A program made the position numbers and the translations under genes. Under the pieces are notes generated by a model, which saw only the letters and a list, made by a program, of their open reading frames with translations, was not told where the DNA came from and ran no database searches. Of a DNA stretch of 41,610 nucleotides, positions 16,202-27,034 are shown in pieces (position 1 is the first letter of the stretch; each line of letters begins with the position of its first letter). The stretch comes from a virus. Lineage: Duplodnaviria; Heunggongvirae; Uroviricota; Caudoviricetes. The stretch lies in IMG/VR virus record IMGVR_UViG_2537561977_000020; one strand, written 5' to 3'.

Positions 16202-16236
16202 AAAATACAAGCAAACCTGTGAATGCGTCAACAGGT
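16202..16236 (-). promoter_or_regulatory. PL-like early-left promoter with operator-like sites
   Basis: Minus strand TTGACG (16231-16226), 18 bp, TATTTT (16207-16202); operator-like TACAAGCAAACCTGTG (16206-16221) and ACCTGT/ACAGGT inverted repeat flanking -35. Confidence 0.45.
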
Positions 16237-16292
16237 ATTTTGGTAATAAAATGCATTATTAACCTAATTACTTGTTTTTACGGGTAATAAAA

Positions 16293-16312
16293 AAGAGGGC
16301 CTAAGCCCTCTT
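16293..16312. terminator. bidirectional intrinsic terminator downstream of cI
   Basis: AAGAGGGC-CTAA-GCCCTCTT hairpin flanked by A6 on one side and TTTGTTT on the other. Confidence 0.6.
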
Positions 16313-16333
16313 TGTTTAGTAGTCAGGATGCGA

Positions 16334-16963
16334 TTATCTTTTTCTGCGGAATATGCGATGTTCTACCATTGTCCCTATGATCTTAATTGGTTTTTCCCAG
16401 GAGCGACAAATAGGGTAATCACTATTCAATGGAACAAGTTCAAAGTCTTCCTCACCTTTAGCGCCAATCCCTACCGGGCGGTATTTTTTGAACGTTGCTT
16501 CGTGGCTACCGTTACATGCCGCAACGAATTCACCAGGAGTAGGGTATACGTCAGTGTCAATTATAACGATGTCCCCCTCTTTAAATTCAGGTTCCATTGA
16601 ATCCCCACGTATACGTAGCGCAAATGAACTTTCTGATAGCTCAGCCGTGGTGAGAATGTATTCGAAATCACCTTCTTCACGAAGTAGCTCAGCGCTTGTG
16701 AAAGCCCCGGCTTGTACGTAGCTTAGAACAGGCACCCTTCGAGCTCCGTAGTTGAAATCTGTAACAACATCGCCCCCAAGAAGTAGCCATTTAGGATCGC
16801 ATTCAAGAGCTGACGCTAAAGCAAGAAGATTGCGTGGTTTAAGTGTTTTCCCATTCTCTATAGCTTCAATCGACTGCTGGCTAATGCCCGCTCGTTTCGC
16901 AACTTCGACCTGAGTTAAGTTTAGTTCTGTTCTGCGTTTTTTAGCTCGGTTGGCAAGATTCAT
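16334..16963 (-). CDS. cI: CI-type repressor (HTH + S24 LexA-like peptidase domain)
   Basis: HTH LNLTQVEVAKRAGISQQSIEAIENG; S24 motif RIRGDSMEP; start MNLANRAKK at 16963 with AAGGAG RBS. Confidence 0.8.
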   Translation of the reverse strand: MNLANRAKKRRTELNLTQVEVAKRAGISQQSIEAIENGKTLKPRNLLALASALECDPKWLLLGGDVVTDFNYGARRVPVLSYVQAGAFTSAELLREEGDFEYILTTAELSESSFALRIRGDSMEPEFKEGDIVIIDTDVYPTPGEFVAACNGSHEATFKKYRPVGIGAKGEEDFELVPLNSDYPICRSWEKPIKIIGTMVEHRIFRRKR

Positions 16964-16990
16964 GTTGACTCCTTTTCTGTCATTGATGAT

Positions 16991-17051
16991 TACAGATACT
17001 TCTGTATTTGACAAACAAGGTTGCCTGTGAGGTAATTACAAGTAAACCTGT
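16991..17051. promoter_or_regulatory. OR-like operator/promoter region between cI and cro
   Basis: Palindrome TACAGAtactTCTGTA (16991-17006), TACAAGTAAACCTGTA (17036-17051), TTGACA (17008-17013) with 17-bp spacer to GGTAAT. Confidence 0.5.
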
Positions 17052-17070
17052 AATAATGAGGGCTTACTCA

Positions 17071-17295
17071 ATGACCAGTTCTACCCTTGCTTCACGTATA
17101 AAGGAGCGCCGCAAAGCCTTAGGTATAACCCAAACTTCATTGGCTGAAAGTGTTGGCATGCGCCAGCAGTCTGTTCAATACCTTGAGTCCGGACGCGCCA
17201 CCCGTACCGGTTTCATCCTTGAATTGGCAAAAGTTCTGAAATGCGATCCTGACTGGCTATTAAACGGCGAAAATTCAGAGCAGCAAAAGGTGTAA
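17071..17295 (+). CDS. cro: Cro-like HTH (XRE family) regulator
   Basis: HTH LGITQTSLAESVGMRQQSVQYLESG; divergent from cI; start ATG 17071 chosen downstream of predicted promoter (track ORF from 17008). Confidence 0.6.
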   Translation: MTSSTLASRIKERRKALGITQTSLAESVGMRQQSVQYLESGRATRTGFILELAKVLKCDPDWLLNGENSEQQKV

Positions 17296-17298
17296 CCC

Positions 17299-19445
17299 AT
17301 GTCTGATAACAAACCATGGGGAGCTACGCCCGATGAGTGGTTCCACTTCGATCTGGTGTTGGGGATGACAGACAGGCTTTTACCTGTGGTGTCCAATCCC
17401 TGTGCAGAACTGTCGCCTAATAGCAAGCTTTCTCATAATTTTGGCAAAACTCCCTGTCGCTACAATGGCCAACGTAAGGTTGTTGGTATCCCCGACTGGG
17501 CTAACTATGTTGTTACGGAAAACGATTTTGCCCGGTGGTCGAACGAACCCGATTACGGTATTTGCGTTCGTACTGGCGACGGGGTGGTGGCTCTGGACTG
17601 CGATATCAATGACGCCGGGATGCAGGAGATCGTACGCAATATTATCCTGTCATGCCTGGGGGAACTTCCGCCACGTCGCTGGCGGGCTGACAGTCATAAA
17701 TGCCTGTACCTGATTGCTGTTGATGGCGACTACCGTAAACGTGGTCACCGCCTGGAAGGCGAAAATAAACAAATAGAGCTGCTCGCTAAGGGCCAGCAGT
17801 TTGTGGCTTGTGGTACCCATCCGGCAGGCGAACGTATTCAGTGGGACTGCGGTTTGCCCGGCGAACCTCTGAAAATTACATCTGAACAGCTCGAAAGCCT
17901 GTGGCAGCGCCTGGCGGATAACTTACCCGTGAAAGACAGCTATACCGCAGGTGCGGGACGTCAGCGTGACCTTTCCTGTGTCGATCCTTCCGCGACAGAT
18001 GATGTCGCCGACTGGCTTGACGCGAACGGGTGGACTCTGTCGGTCAGCTCTGATGGTTCCCGCAATCTGAAACCGTTTCGGGATGAGTCAGAATACAGCA
18101 ACGGTTGCAGCGAAACATCCATTAAGTATTTCCCAAAAGGGACGGGGGGATTTGAACAGGGACATTTTAAAAGCATGCACAACACCGATGCGGGGCTTAC
18201 TGATGCCGACTGGCTGGAAGGCTACGGCTATACGCAATCTCTGTTCGAAGATCTCACGGTGGCTGAAGATGGCGATAAGCCTGAATTTACCGATATTAAT
18301 ACAGATATGACAGCCCATTTTCTGGAACGCTTTATCTACGTCATCGAGGGTGACCAGGTATGTGATCTTAGCCGACCGCCATATCAGTGCATGATGGATA
18401 TGAAGTCGTTCAAAAACCTGATGGCGCCTTACCAGTTCCCGCCAGAAGGGAAAGGGCAACCAGTCCCCGCAACCAAACGGTGGATAGAGCACCGGCATAA
18501 GAAGATTGCTGAGACGACAGGCTATAAGCCCGGTGCGGGACGTATTATCGAGCGTTTCGACGGGCGGTTTGAAATAAACGAATTTTATATGCCTGAGCAT
18601 CCACGTACAGCGGATACAAGTAAGGTGTCCACGTTCCTTAATCATATGGCGTATCTGGTACCTGATGCCTGGCAGCGCGAGTTTTTCATCGCCCGTCTGG
18701 GATGGATGGTTCAGCGTCCGGAGCGTCGATGCCCGATTTCTATTCTGCATGTGGCTACCGCACATGGTACGGGCAGAGGATGGGTCAGCCAGTTAATGGA
18801 GCGCGTGCTCGGCCCGTGGAACTGTGCTCGTACTCGCATGAAGATCCTGTGCGATAACCAGTTCCATGACTATCTGTACAATACGCTTCTATGCACCATT
18901 GACGAGGTGCGCGAAAACGATAAGCGGTATGAGGTGAACGATAAGATCCGTGACGTGCTGACAGAACCACGGTTTGAAGTGAACCGCAAATATGGCAGCA
19001 AAAAACGATGGATATATACACCGGCTTTCTGTTCTACACCAACCACTTTGATGCGCTGGCGCTGCCAGAGGAAGACCGACGTATAGCTGTGCTGGGGGGC
19101 CCTGACTTCGCCGCAACTGAAGAGCATTACGCCAGCCTGTACGGTGCGCTAAGCGACAGCGACTTTATCGCCCAGGTGTACTGGTATCTGATGGGCGTTG
19201 ACCTGTCTCGCTTTAACTGGCAGCGCGCCCCCGAGACGAAAGAACGCCTTCTGATGATTGAAAGCAATAAGAGCGATGTGGAGGCTGCTCTTACTGAAAT
19301 CCTGGATAATCCGCCTGTACCAGCAATGACTTATCAACAAATTGTTAACGCAATACTGGCAGAAGCAGGAATGGATGTAGAAATTAACCAGAAGCACATA
19401 ACAAAGCTATTGCGAGAAAAACAAAAAGGCAGCCAACAGATTTAG
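17299..19445 (+). CDS. prim-pol type DNA primase with D5-like C-terminal region, frame-broken
   Basis: Prim-pol motifs VVALDCDIND and ELLAKGQQFVACGTHP; track ORFs 17299..19086 and 19008..19445 joined by -1 shift at A6 run 19000-19005. Confidence 0.55.
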
Positions 19446-19564
19446 TAAAAATTGACGGAATGGGTTATCGCTTCTGGATACTTGCAAAAAATTGCGACTT
19501 CAATAATGAGGAATTGCGCGAAATATATAAAACTTGCGAAATTTTGCAATCTGGATTGTAAAAA

Positions 19565-19825
19565 GGTAACAGTAAGGTAACAGTAAAACGACTAACTGTT
19601 ACCTTGAAAATATCAATAAATTCACATGGATAACTAAAAAGGTAACAGGTAACAGTAGTATTTAGTTTATATACGCGAGACTTTATATTATACGTACTAT
19701 ACCTGCGCATACGTATATAGAACTAAAAGTAACTGTTACCTGTTACCCAAAACGGGGTTAAGCCTTATGTGGCGCTCCCTACAGGAGGTAACAGTTAGCT
19801 ATTTATCTGTTACCTTACTGTTACT
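19565..19825. repeat. iteron array flanking AT-rich core (putative replication origin or regulator-binding array)
   Basis: GGTAACAG at 19565, 19576, 19641, 19648, 19787; inverted CTGTTACC at 19596, 19733, 19740, 19807 (+ partial 19819); AT-rich core 19660-19725 with ATACGTAT palindrome. Confidence 0.55.
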
Positions 19826-19876
19826 TCAACAATAAACTTGCAGAAAACTGCAAATAGCTAAGTGGAGTAAACAAAC

Positions 19877-20296
19877 GTGCAAAAAATACAAGTTTCAAAA
19901 ATGATAGAAAATGAAACAGCGGAACCGGGAGAAGCATCCACGGCCATACGTTCAGTGGAAGCCGAGACAACCCGAAGGTTTTGGGTCGTAGAGCCCATTA
20001 TTGACAGGGACCAGACTCCTGCAGGTGAGGTTTTTTGGTTTCGCAGGGTGATTGCCTGGGCTGTTGTTCTTGAGCAACTGGAGGGTTTCTCACCGGTTTC
20101 TGCGGTACGTCCGCTTGCTCTGGATAGCGATCTGGGTCAATTGGAGGTTTCCCACGGCAACGTTGTTGAGCTGGAAGATATTCCAAAGGGCGCGACACAC
20201 ACCTCCCCGGAGAAAATAGCATCTCGCAAACTGCCTGATGGGTTAGAGATGTCGTTAGACCTTGCGGTAAACGAGTTCTTCTTCCCTGTTGGGTGA
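19877..20296 (+). CDS. hypothetical protein
   Basis: 139-aa ORF (GTG 19877; alternative ATG 19901); no family recognised. Confidence 0.35.
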   Translation: MQKIQVSKMIENETAEPGEASTAIRSVEAETTRRFWVVEPIIDRDQTPAGEVFWFRRVIAWAVVLEQLEGFSPVSAVRPLALDSDLGQLEVSHGNVVELEDIPKGATHTSPEKIASRKLPDGLEMSLDLAVNEFFFPVG

Positions 20297-20344
20297 TAAT
20301 CTTAGAAAAGTTTTTCCGTAACAAAACGTAGAGAGCAGATAACT

Positions 20345-20767
20345 ATGCGCAGAGATATGCAACTTGTTCTGGAGCGGTGGGGGCGATGGGCCGCGAGCGA
20401 GGAATACTGTTCAATGGTTGACTGGCCTTCGATGTCGGTGATTCCTCAACGCGTAACCGCCAGTGGCAAACCCGGTTGCTCCGACGAGGACGGAGCCGCA
20501 ATTGACACCTGCATCGCCCACATGAGCATGGTGTGTCCGCATGACGACTTGCTGGTTCTTGGCCTACGTTTCATCGGCGGCTTTTCTACGCGCTCAATCG
20601 CTGAATCTGTGAATCGTAGCCACCTTAGCGTCAGAACATCGCTTAGAGCGTCAGAGGCATTTCTTGAGGGAGCGCTGGTGCTCCAGGGAATTCGACTGGA
20701 TATGGACCCTGAAGTTGCTTTACCTGAAAAGGTTGTGTGCGCACAAAAACATGTGCTATGGTTGTAG
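20345..20767 (+). CDS. Q: late-gene antiterminator Q-like protein
   Basis: N-terminal QLVLERWGRWAA and C-terminal GIRLDMD resemble recalled small Q-family antiterminators; located just before terminators and lysis genes. Confidence 0.5.
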   Translation: MRRDMQLVLERWGRWAASEEYCSMVDWPSMSVIPQRVTASGKPGCSDEDGAAIDTCIAHMSMVCPHDDLLVLGLRFIGGFSTRSIAESVNRSHLSVRTSLRASEAFLEGALVLQGIRLDMDPEVALPEKVVCAQKHVLWL

Positions 20768-20796
20768 CATCTAGAATTGTATTCTACGTTCTGAAA

Positions 20797-20823
20797 GGCT
20801 CCGCTAACCCCGGAGCCTTTTTT
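20797..20823 (+). terminator. intrinsic terminator downstream of Q
   Basis: GGCTCCG-CTAACCC-CGGAGCC hairpin followed by T6. Confidence 0.65.
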
Positions 20824-21052
20824 CTTACCCCATTCTGGGGAAAAGTTAATAAAACAGGGTTTTCGTCGTGAAAAAACGCTATGCAGTTTTTGCCCTTTTT
20901 TATGCACCTTTTATTCACTCGAATTTCGCCATTCTGGACCACTTAAGTTGATTAAATAGGCCTTTCATCGCAAATCTATTGCGAGCGGTGATCGTGTGGT
21001 TCCTATAACGTACATTATGTTAAATAACCTCCTTTTTTAACAAATTTAACAA

Positions 21053-21075
21053 GGTTCGCTATGGCGAACTTTTTT
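21053..21075 (+). terminator. tR'-like intrinsic terminator upstream of lysis genes
   Basis: GTTCGC-TATG-GCGAAC hairpin followed by T7. Confidence 0.6.
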
Positions 21076-21177
21076 TGTATTCAGGGCCCACCGAAGGACG
21101 GCTCATAACCCAATCCTACGGGTGTATACGCAGGGCCCGCCTTTCAACAACACCCCGTAATGGCGGAGGTGGGAAGT

Positions 21178-21519
21178 ATGAAAATGCACAATGCTCCTCA
21201 TTCCTGGCCTGACTTACTGGAACTCTTACAAAGTTGGTGGCGTGGAGATACGCCGCTGGGCGCAGTGATTATGTCGATTGTTATGGCTGGTTTGCGCATC
21301 GCCTATTTTGGCGGTGGTGGTGGCTGGAAGCGAAAAACGCTCGAGATTTTGCTATGTGGCGCTCTGACGCTGACTTTTGCATCCGCTCTTGAGTATGTCG
21401 GATGGCCTAAATCACTTTCTGTTGCCATTGGTGGTGGCGTTGGGCTGATCGGTGTCGATGCTATTCGTGGGGCTGCAATGCGAGTAATCGGTAACAAGTT
21501 TGGTAGCTCGAAGGAGTAA
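21178..21519 (+). CDS. holin (class I-like, dual-start motif)
   Basis: Met-Lys-Met dual start after GGAGG; three hydrophobic segments; first gene of lysis cassette (track ORF from 21160). Confidence 0.6.
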   Translation: MKMHNAPHSWPDLLELLQSWWRGDTPLGAVIMSIVMAGLRIAYFGGGGGWKRKTLEILLCGALTLTFASALEYVGWPKSLSVAIGGGVGLIGVDAIRGAAMRVIGNKFGSSKE

Positions 21520-21522
21520 TTT

Positions 21523-21999
21523 ATGCAGGTACTAAATTCCCAGCGTAAAGCTTTCCTGGATATGGTTGCATGGTCAGAAGGAACGGATAACGGGCGACAA
21601 CCGACACGTAACCACGGTTATGATGTTATTGTCGGTGGTGAACTGTTTACTGATTACTCCGATCACCCTCGCAAACTTGTCACGCTAAACCCCAAACTCA
21701 AATCAACAGCAGCCGGACGTTACCAGCTTCTTTCCCGTTGGTGGGATGCCTACCGTAAGCAGCTTGGCCTGAAAGACTTCTCTCCCAAAAGTCAGAACGC
21801 TGTGGCATTGCAACAGATTAAAGAGCGTGGCGCTTTGCCGATGATTGATCGCGGTGATATCCGTCAGGCAATCGACCGTTGCAGCAATATCTGGGCTTCA
21901 TTGCCGGGTGCTGGTTACGGTCAGTATGAACATAAAATCGGTGATCTGATTGCCCGGTTTAAAGAGGCTGGTGGGGTGGTAAATGAAGCTGACTTATAA
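21523..21999 (+). CDS. R: endolysin, lambda R-type lytic transglycosylase
   Basis: Near-identical over most of its length to recalled lambda R (QRKAFLDMVAWSEGTDNGRQ...HGYDVIVGGELFTDYSDHPRKLVTLNPKLKS...). Confidence 0.85.
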   Translation: MQVLNSQRKAFLDMVAWSEGTDNGRQPTRNHGYDVIVGGELFTDYSDHPRKLVTLNPKLKSTAAGRYQLLSRWWDAYRKQLGLKDFSPKSQNAVALQQIKERGALPMIDRGDIRQAIDRCSNIWASLPGAGYGQYEHKIGDLIARFKEAGGVVNEADL

Positions 22000-22507
22000 G
22001 ATTGTCATCGCGGCACTTTTCTTCTCTGCCTTTGGGGCGCTCGTCTGGTCTGCAAACCATTACCACAGCAAGTATCAGGCAGAAAAGTTGCGGGCTGATA
22101 AAGCGGAAGGTGAAGCTGAATATCAAGGGAAAGTGATAGCTAATCAGGCATTAAACTTCAATCGTTTTAACCAGATAGCAGAAAACGCAAGCCGATTAAA
22201 TTCTCTGGTCGACATCGGTCACGAGAAGACAGTCATCAAATACCGTGAGGTTTTGCTCCGTGAAAAGAACTGTGATTTCCCTGTTCCTGTTGATATTGCT
22301 GTCGGGTTGCTCAACTACGCGAACCGTTTACGCGCCAGCGCATTGCACTCCGATTCCGGGGACATTGACTCAGCCGGTGATCGTGCCACTACCACCAGAA
22401 CGTTGACATATTGCCAGGCTGTTCTGTGGATTAACCCACTGTTGGCAGCCATCGAGAAGGCGAATAACCAGTTGGCTGGTGTCCGACAAATAGAACAGTC
22501 CCGGTAA
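21983..22507 (+). CDS. Rz: Rz-like i-spanin
   Basis: N-terminal TM (IVIAALFFSAFGALVW), coiled-coil periplasmic domain, directly after endolysin. Confidence 0.6.
   Translation: MKLTYKIVIAALFFSAFGALVWSANHYHSKYQAEKLRADKAEGEAEYQGKVIANQALNFNRFNQIAENASRLNSLVDIGHEKTVIKYREVLLREKNCDFPVPVDIAVGLLNYANRLRASALHSDSGDIDSAGDRATTTRTLTYCQAVLWINPLLAAIEKANNQLAGVRQIEQSR
22260..22406 (+). CDS. Rz1: Rz1-like o-spanin lipoprotein embedded in Rz (+1 frame)
   Basis: VKRTVISLFLLILLSGC lipobox then Pro-rich tail (PIPGTLTQPVIVPLPP); below the 60-aa track cutoff, translated manually. Confidence 0.55.
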   Translation: MKRTVISLFLLILLSGCSTTRTVYAPAHCTPIPGTLTQPVIVPLPPER

Positions 22508-22568
22508 TAGCATTACAGAAGCTCTTCCTGGAGGGGCTTCGATAATGACCTGATAACTGGAAAATAAA

Positions 22569-23141
22569 ATGACTAAGAAGCTGAAAGCAAAACACGAGGT
22601 GTTTTGTCGCGAGTTTCTTGTCGATCTGAATGCTACACAAGCAGCTATTCGCGCAGGCTACGCCTCCAGGCGAGCACATGTTACGGGGGCTGAACTATAC
22701 GGTAAACCTGAGATACGCGCCCGTATTAACGAGCTAAAGCAGGAGCGTATTGATCAACTGGGCATTGATGCGAATTATGTGCTGATGCGACTGGTTGAGA
22801 TCGACAGGCTCGATGTGGCTGACATCCTGGAGGACGATTTAAGTATTAAGCCTCTGTCTGCGTGGCCGGAATCGTGGCGTCGGTACCTGAGTGGATTTAA
22901 CCTCGCTGAAATGTTTGAGGGGCGAGGAGATGACAGAGAAATGGTCGGGATCCTTAAAAAGATTAAGTGGCCTGATAAGGTTAAAAACCTTGAGTTGCTT
23001 GGGCGTCATGTTTCTGTTCAGGCGTTTAAAGACAACGTCAAAAATGAAGTGACTGGCGCTGACGGAGGACCAGTCAGAACAGAAATTACCAAATTAACGC
23101 CTGAGCAGGCCGCAGAGGTGTATAGAAAAATGATGGGCTAA
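22569..23141 (+). CDS. terminase small subunit
   Basis: N-terminal [24 protein letters not shown] typical of Terminase_2-type small subunits; precedes large subunit. Confidence 0.6.
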   Translation: MTKKLKAKHEVFCREFLVDLNATQAAIRAGYASRRAHVTGAELYGKPEIRARINELKQERIDQLGIDANYVLMRLVEIDRLDVADILEDDLSIKPLSAWPESWRRYLSGFNLAEMFEGRGDDREMVGILKKIKWPDKVKNLELLGRHVSVQAFKDNVKNEVTGADGGPVRTEITKLTPEQAAEVYRKMMG

Positions 23142-23143
23142 GT

Positions 23144-24763
23144 ATGCCGTTACCATTCCCCTTCGATTTTAAACATCCTGATTACCAGATGGTTTTTGAA
23201 TGGCGGATGGAACGCCTACAGCGCATTCGCCAGAATCCTGAAATATTGCCTGCACTAAAACAGTTTTACCGTACCAACCCGGCTCAGTTCATTATCGACT
23301 GGGGCATGACAACGGACCCGCGTAATATTGATTATGGCCTGCCGGTGACCATTCCGTTTTTACTCTTCCCTAAGCAGGAGGAGTGGATCCACTGGATTAT
23401 GGAACGCTGGAGCAATCGGGAGAATGGTATTACCGAAAAATCCCGTGAAATGGGGCTCAGTTGGACCGCGATCGGACTGGCCTGCTCGCTTTGTCTCTTC
23501 AACAAAGAAATGGTTATCGGTTTCGGCTCCCGTAAAGAGGAATACGTCGACAGCACCGGTGACCCGAAAGCATTGTTCTGGAAGGCGCGCAAGTTCGTGG
23601 AAACACTACCTGTAGAGTTTCGCGGTTCGTGGAGCGAGAAGAAGCACGCGCCATATATGCGTGTTGAGTTTCCTGAAACTGGTGCCGTTATCAAAGGCGA
23701 GGCTGGCGATAATATCGGTCGTGGTGACCGTACGACCCTTTATTTTGTGGATGAGGCTGCTTTTCTCCAGCGACCATTACTTATTGATGCCGCGCTTTCT
23801 CAGACAACCCGATGTCGTATCGATCTCTCATCGGTTAACGGCATGAACAACCCCTTCGCACAGAAGCGGCACAGTGGAAAAATCCCGGTGTTTACGTTTC
23901 ACTGGCGTAGCGATCCGCGTAAAGACGATGAGTGGTATCACAAGGAGTGCGAGAAAATTGATAACCCAGTCATCGTTGCCCAGGAACTGGATCTTAATTA
24001 CCAGGCATCAGCAGAAGGCATCCTGATCCCCTCAGAATGGGTACAGGCTGCGGTTGATGCACATATCAGACTGGGCATTCAGCCCGGCGGCCAACGGCTT
24101 GGTGCAATGGATGTCGCCGACGAAGGGCGGGATAAAAACGCCTGTTCGCTCCGTTATGGCATCCTGCTGAATGACGTACAGGAGTGGTCAGGTAAGGGGA
24201 GTGACATCTATGACTCTGTGGTTAAGGTTTTTGGTCTGTGCGATGACTTTGGTGCCGATGAGTTTCGCTTTGATGAGGACGGATTGGGTGCTGGCGTTCG
24301 TGGTGATGCGCGCGCTATCAACGAACTGCGTGAAGCGGAGGGCATCTGTCAAATCACCGCCACTCCATTCCGGGGCAGCGGGAGCGTGTTTCATCCTGAA
24401 AATGAAGCTGTTCCCGGTGATAATGGTAAACCGGCTCGTCTGAATAAGGACTTTTTTGTCAATGCCAAAGCCCAGGGGTGGTGGCATCTTCGCAAATTAT
24501 TCCGCAATACATTTCGTGCACTACAGGGTATGGAGTATGACCCGGATGAGATTATTTCCATCAGCAGCACAATGGAGAATAAAGACCGGCTGTTGATGGA
24601 GCTGTCACAACCTACCTGGTCAAAAAATGCCACCGGAAAAATTCTTGTGGATAAGCAACCTGACGGAACGAAATCTCCAAACCTGGCTGATTCTGTGATG
24701 ATTGCTTATGCCCCGATGGAAATGCCCATCGTAATTTCTGATGACTTTATGGAGTGGATCTGA
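23144..24763 (+). CDS. terminase large subunit
   Basis: 539 aa between TerS and portal; nuclease-like acidic motifs; position and size. Confidence 0.6.
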   Translation: MPLPFPFDFKHPDYQMVFEWRMERLQRIRQNPEILPALKQFYRTNPAQFIIDWGMTTDPRNIDYGLPVTIPFLLFPKQEEWIHWIMERWSNRENGITEKSREMGLSWTAIGLACSLCLFNKEMVIGFGSRKEEYVDSTGDPKALFWKARKFVETLPVEFRGSWSEKKHAPYMRVEFPETGAVIKGEAGDNIGRGDRTTLYFVDEAAFLQRPLLIDAALSQTTRCRIDLSSVNGMNNPFAQKRHSGKIPVFTFHWRSDPRKDDEWYHKECEKIDNPVIVAQELDLNYQASAEGILIPSEWVQAAVDAHIRLGIQPGGQRLGAMDVADEGRDKNACSLRYGILLNDVQEWSGKGSDIYDSVVKVFGLCDDFGADEFRFDEDGLGAGVRGDARAINELREAEGICQITATPFRGSGSVFHPENEAVPGDNGKPARLNKDFFVNAKAQGWWHLRKLFRNTFRALQGMEYDPDEIISISSTMENKDRLLMELSQPTWSKNATGKILVDKQPDGTKSPNLADSVMIAYAPMEMPIVISDDFMEWI

Positions 24764-26304
24764 TGTGGCCGTTTAAACGAAAAGAACCGTCAGCGCCGGC
24801 GGTACCGGACAAACAACCTGAACCACAGCCACCGGAAATTAACGATGAGGTGATCGCTTCCGTCCGGCAGAAACCACGGAGGGAGTTTGTTCGCTATGAG
24901 CCACCACCGGGCGTTATCCCGGCACCGGTTCGCGACGCTGTGCTGGCAATGGATGCAACACCGTATGACACCCTGAACAGTCATTATCCTGATTTTGTTT
25001 ATGGTGGTTTCCCGGGCTATCCGTATCTGGCACTTCAGGCGCAGTTACCGGAGTACCGGCGTATGGTCAGTGTGCTTGCCGAGGAGATGACCCGTAAGTG
25101 GATAAAGGTTAAGGCGGTCGGAGAAGGGGACGACAGCCACGCGTCACGCATAGCGCAGCTTACTGACGCACTGGAGCACTATAACGTACAGGACGTTTTC
25201 AGACTGGCGATTGAGCACGACGGCTTTTTCGGGCGAGGGCAGATTTATATTGATGTGCGTTCGCCATCGGGTATATCTGCCTGGACTGACCCGGCGGAGC
25301 TGGGATCCGGACTGTTTATTTCCGACAAAAAAATCCCGAAAGGTTCCCTGCTGGGGCTTCGTGTTATTGAACCCGTCTGGACGTATCCGGGTATATATAA
25401 CGCGGATAATCCGCTGAGTGATGATTTTTACCGTCCGTCCGAATGGTACGTAATGGGAAAAACGGTTCACGCCAGCCGCATGATTGATCTGATCTCCCGT
25501 CCGGTTCCGGACATGCTGAAGCCGGCCTACAACTTTGGCGGCCTGTCACTGGTTCAGATTGCTGAGCCTTATGTTGATAACTGGCTGCGAACACGCGACA
25601 GCGTGGGCGATATGCTGCATTCGTTTTCGCTGAGCGGGATTAAGACGGATATGACACAGGTATTAAGTGGTAAAAGGGACCCGAATTACGCAAAACGCGC
25701 GGAGTTGTTTAACCGTACCCGTGATAACCGCGGGCTGCTGATGCTGGACAAGACGAACGAAGAGTTTTTCCAGTTCAACACTCCCCTGAGCGGCCTCGAC
25801 ACCCTTCAGGCGCAGGCACAGGAACACATGTTCTTTGTCAGTGCCATACCGTCCGTAAAATTCGCCGGGCTGAGCCCAACGGGACTGAATGCGTCGAGTG
25901 AGGGTGAAATCCGGGTGTTTTACGACACCATTGCTGCACTTGCCACCCGTCTTCTGAAGAAACCGCTGAAAAAGGTGCTGGATATTATCCAGTTGTCTGA
26001 GTTCGGCGATATCGATCCTGATATCACGTTTGAATTTGAACCCCTGCATGAACTGACGCGTGAGCAACTGGCGAATATCCGTAAAACTGAGGCGGAAACG
26101 GATCAGATTTATGAGAGCACCGGAGCAGTGACCAATAACGAAGTACGCGAACGGCTGGCGACTGCGCAGGACAGCCCGTACAGCGGTATTGACCTGAGCG
26201 GGGACATCGAAATTGACGACACTGAAATTGACAACACCGAAGAAAATCCGCCGCAAGGCCCGAATGCAGACCCTGAGGCGGATTTCACCCAACGCGGGGA
26301 TTGA
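24763..26304 (+). CDS. portal protein (Mu gp29-like)
   Basis: ~513 aa following TerL with ATGA overlap; acidic C-terminus. Confidence 0.55.
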   Translation: MWPFKRKEPSAPAVPDKQPEPQPPEINDEVIASVRQKPRREFVRYEPPPGVIPAPVRDAVLAMDATPYDTLNSHYPDFVYGGFPGYPYLALQAQLPEYRRMVSVLAEEMTRKWIKVKAVGEGDDSHASRIAQLTDALEHYNVQDVFRLAIEHDGFFGRGQIYIDVRSPSGISAWTDPAELGSGLFISDKKIPKGSLLGLRVIEPVWTYPGIYNADNPLSDDFYRPSEWYVMGKTVHASRMIDLISRPVPDMLKPAYNFGGLSLVQIAEPYVDNWLRTRDSVGDMLHSFSLSGIKTDMTQVLSGKRDPNYAKRAELFNRTRDNRGLLMLDKTNEEFFQFNTPLSGLDTLQAQAQEHMFFVSAIPSVKFAGLSPTGLNASSEGEIRVFYDTIAALATRLLKKPLKKVLDIIQLSEFGDIDPDITFEFEPLHELTREQLANIRKTEAETDQIYESTGAVTNNEVRERLATAQDSPYSGIDLSGDIEIDDTEIDNTEENPPQGPNADPEADFTQRGD

Positions 26305-27034
26305 GGCCTGGTACCGCAGACAACTGGATAATGCCGTCAGTGGGATGCACAACAGTGTACTTTACTGGCTGCGGGCTGAGTACCGTAAAACAGACCTCGC
26401 GCAGGATGCGTCCCCCGTTAACCTGATGCGTGGTGCCATGCAGCAACTTGCCAGGCGCTGGCAGAAAAATTTTGACGAAATGGCCCTGCGGCTGGCGAGG
26501 CGGTTTGCCGGTGATGTCCTGAAAAACAGCGATGCGTCACTGTACACTGCGCTCCGTGATGCCGGGTTTACGGTTCCTTTCCGTATGACAACGGAGATGA
26601 ATACCGCACTTCAGGCCAGCATCACGGAGAATGTGAACCTCATTCGCTCCATCCCGCAGCAACATCTCACCCAGGTGGAAACACTGGTCATGCAGTCTGT
26701 TGGCCGGGGACGTGACCTGAAAACGCTGACCGATGAACTGGAAAAACGTTACGGCATCACACGACGGCGCGCGGCGCTGATTGCCCGCGACCAGAACAAT
26801 AAGACAACGTCGGTAATGCAGGCCGCCAGACAGCGTTCGGTGGGTATCACTGAAGGTGTCTGGCGGCATTCCCGCGCGGGTAAAACATGGCGTCCGTCGC
26901 ATGTGAAGGCGAACGGTAAACGGTTTGACCTGCGAAAGGGGATGTTTCTGGATGGTAAGTGGGTACTGCCGGGCGAAGAAATCAACTGCCGGTGTGGCTG
27001 GGAGGCCGTTATTCCCGGACTGGAGAAAAAATGA
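26264..27034 (+). CDS. head morphogenesis protein (Mu F / SPP1 gp7-like)
   Basis: C-terminal [24 protein letters not shown]...CRCGW motif; start uncertain (track 26213). Confidence 0.55.
   Translation: MQTLRRISPNAGIEAWYRRQLDNAVSGMHNSVLYWLRAEYRKTDLAQDASPVNLMRGAMQQLARRWQKNFDEMALRLARRFAGDVLKNSDASLYTALRDAGFTVPFRMTTEMNTALQASITENVNLIRSIPQQHLTQVETLVMQSVGRGRDLKTLTDELEKRYGITRRRAALIARDQNNKTTSVMQAARQRSVGITEGVWRHSRAGKTWRPSHVKANGKRFDLRKGMFLDGKWVLPGEEINCRCGWEAVIPGLEKK

Noticed and set aside
15908-16222. 104-aa plus-strand ORF spanning terminator hairpin and boxA region
   Set aside because: Overlaps the 3' end of ORF 15388..15957 in another frame and runs through predicted regulatory elements; no RBS.
18088-18765. 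225-aa minus-strand ORF
   Set aside because: Antisense to the primase gene; no motifs.
19565-19825. Repeat array as a possible CRISPR array
   Set aside because: Repeats are only 8 bp, occur in both orientations with irregular or overlapping spacing, and there are no spacer-like unique units or cas genes.
25663-26352. 229-aa minus-strand ORF
   Set aside because: Antisense to the portal gene; off-frame-like composition.
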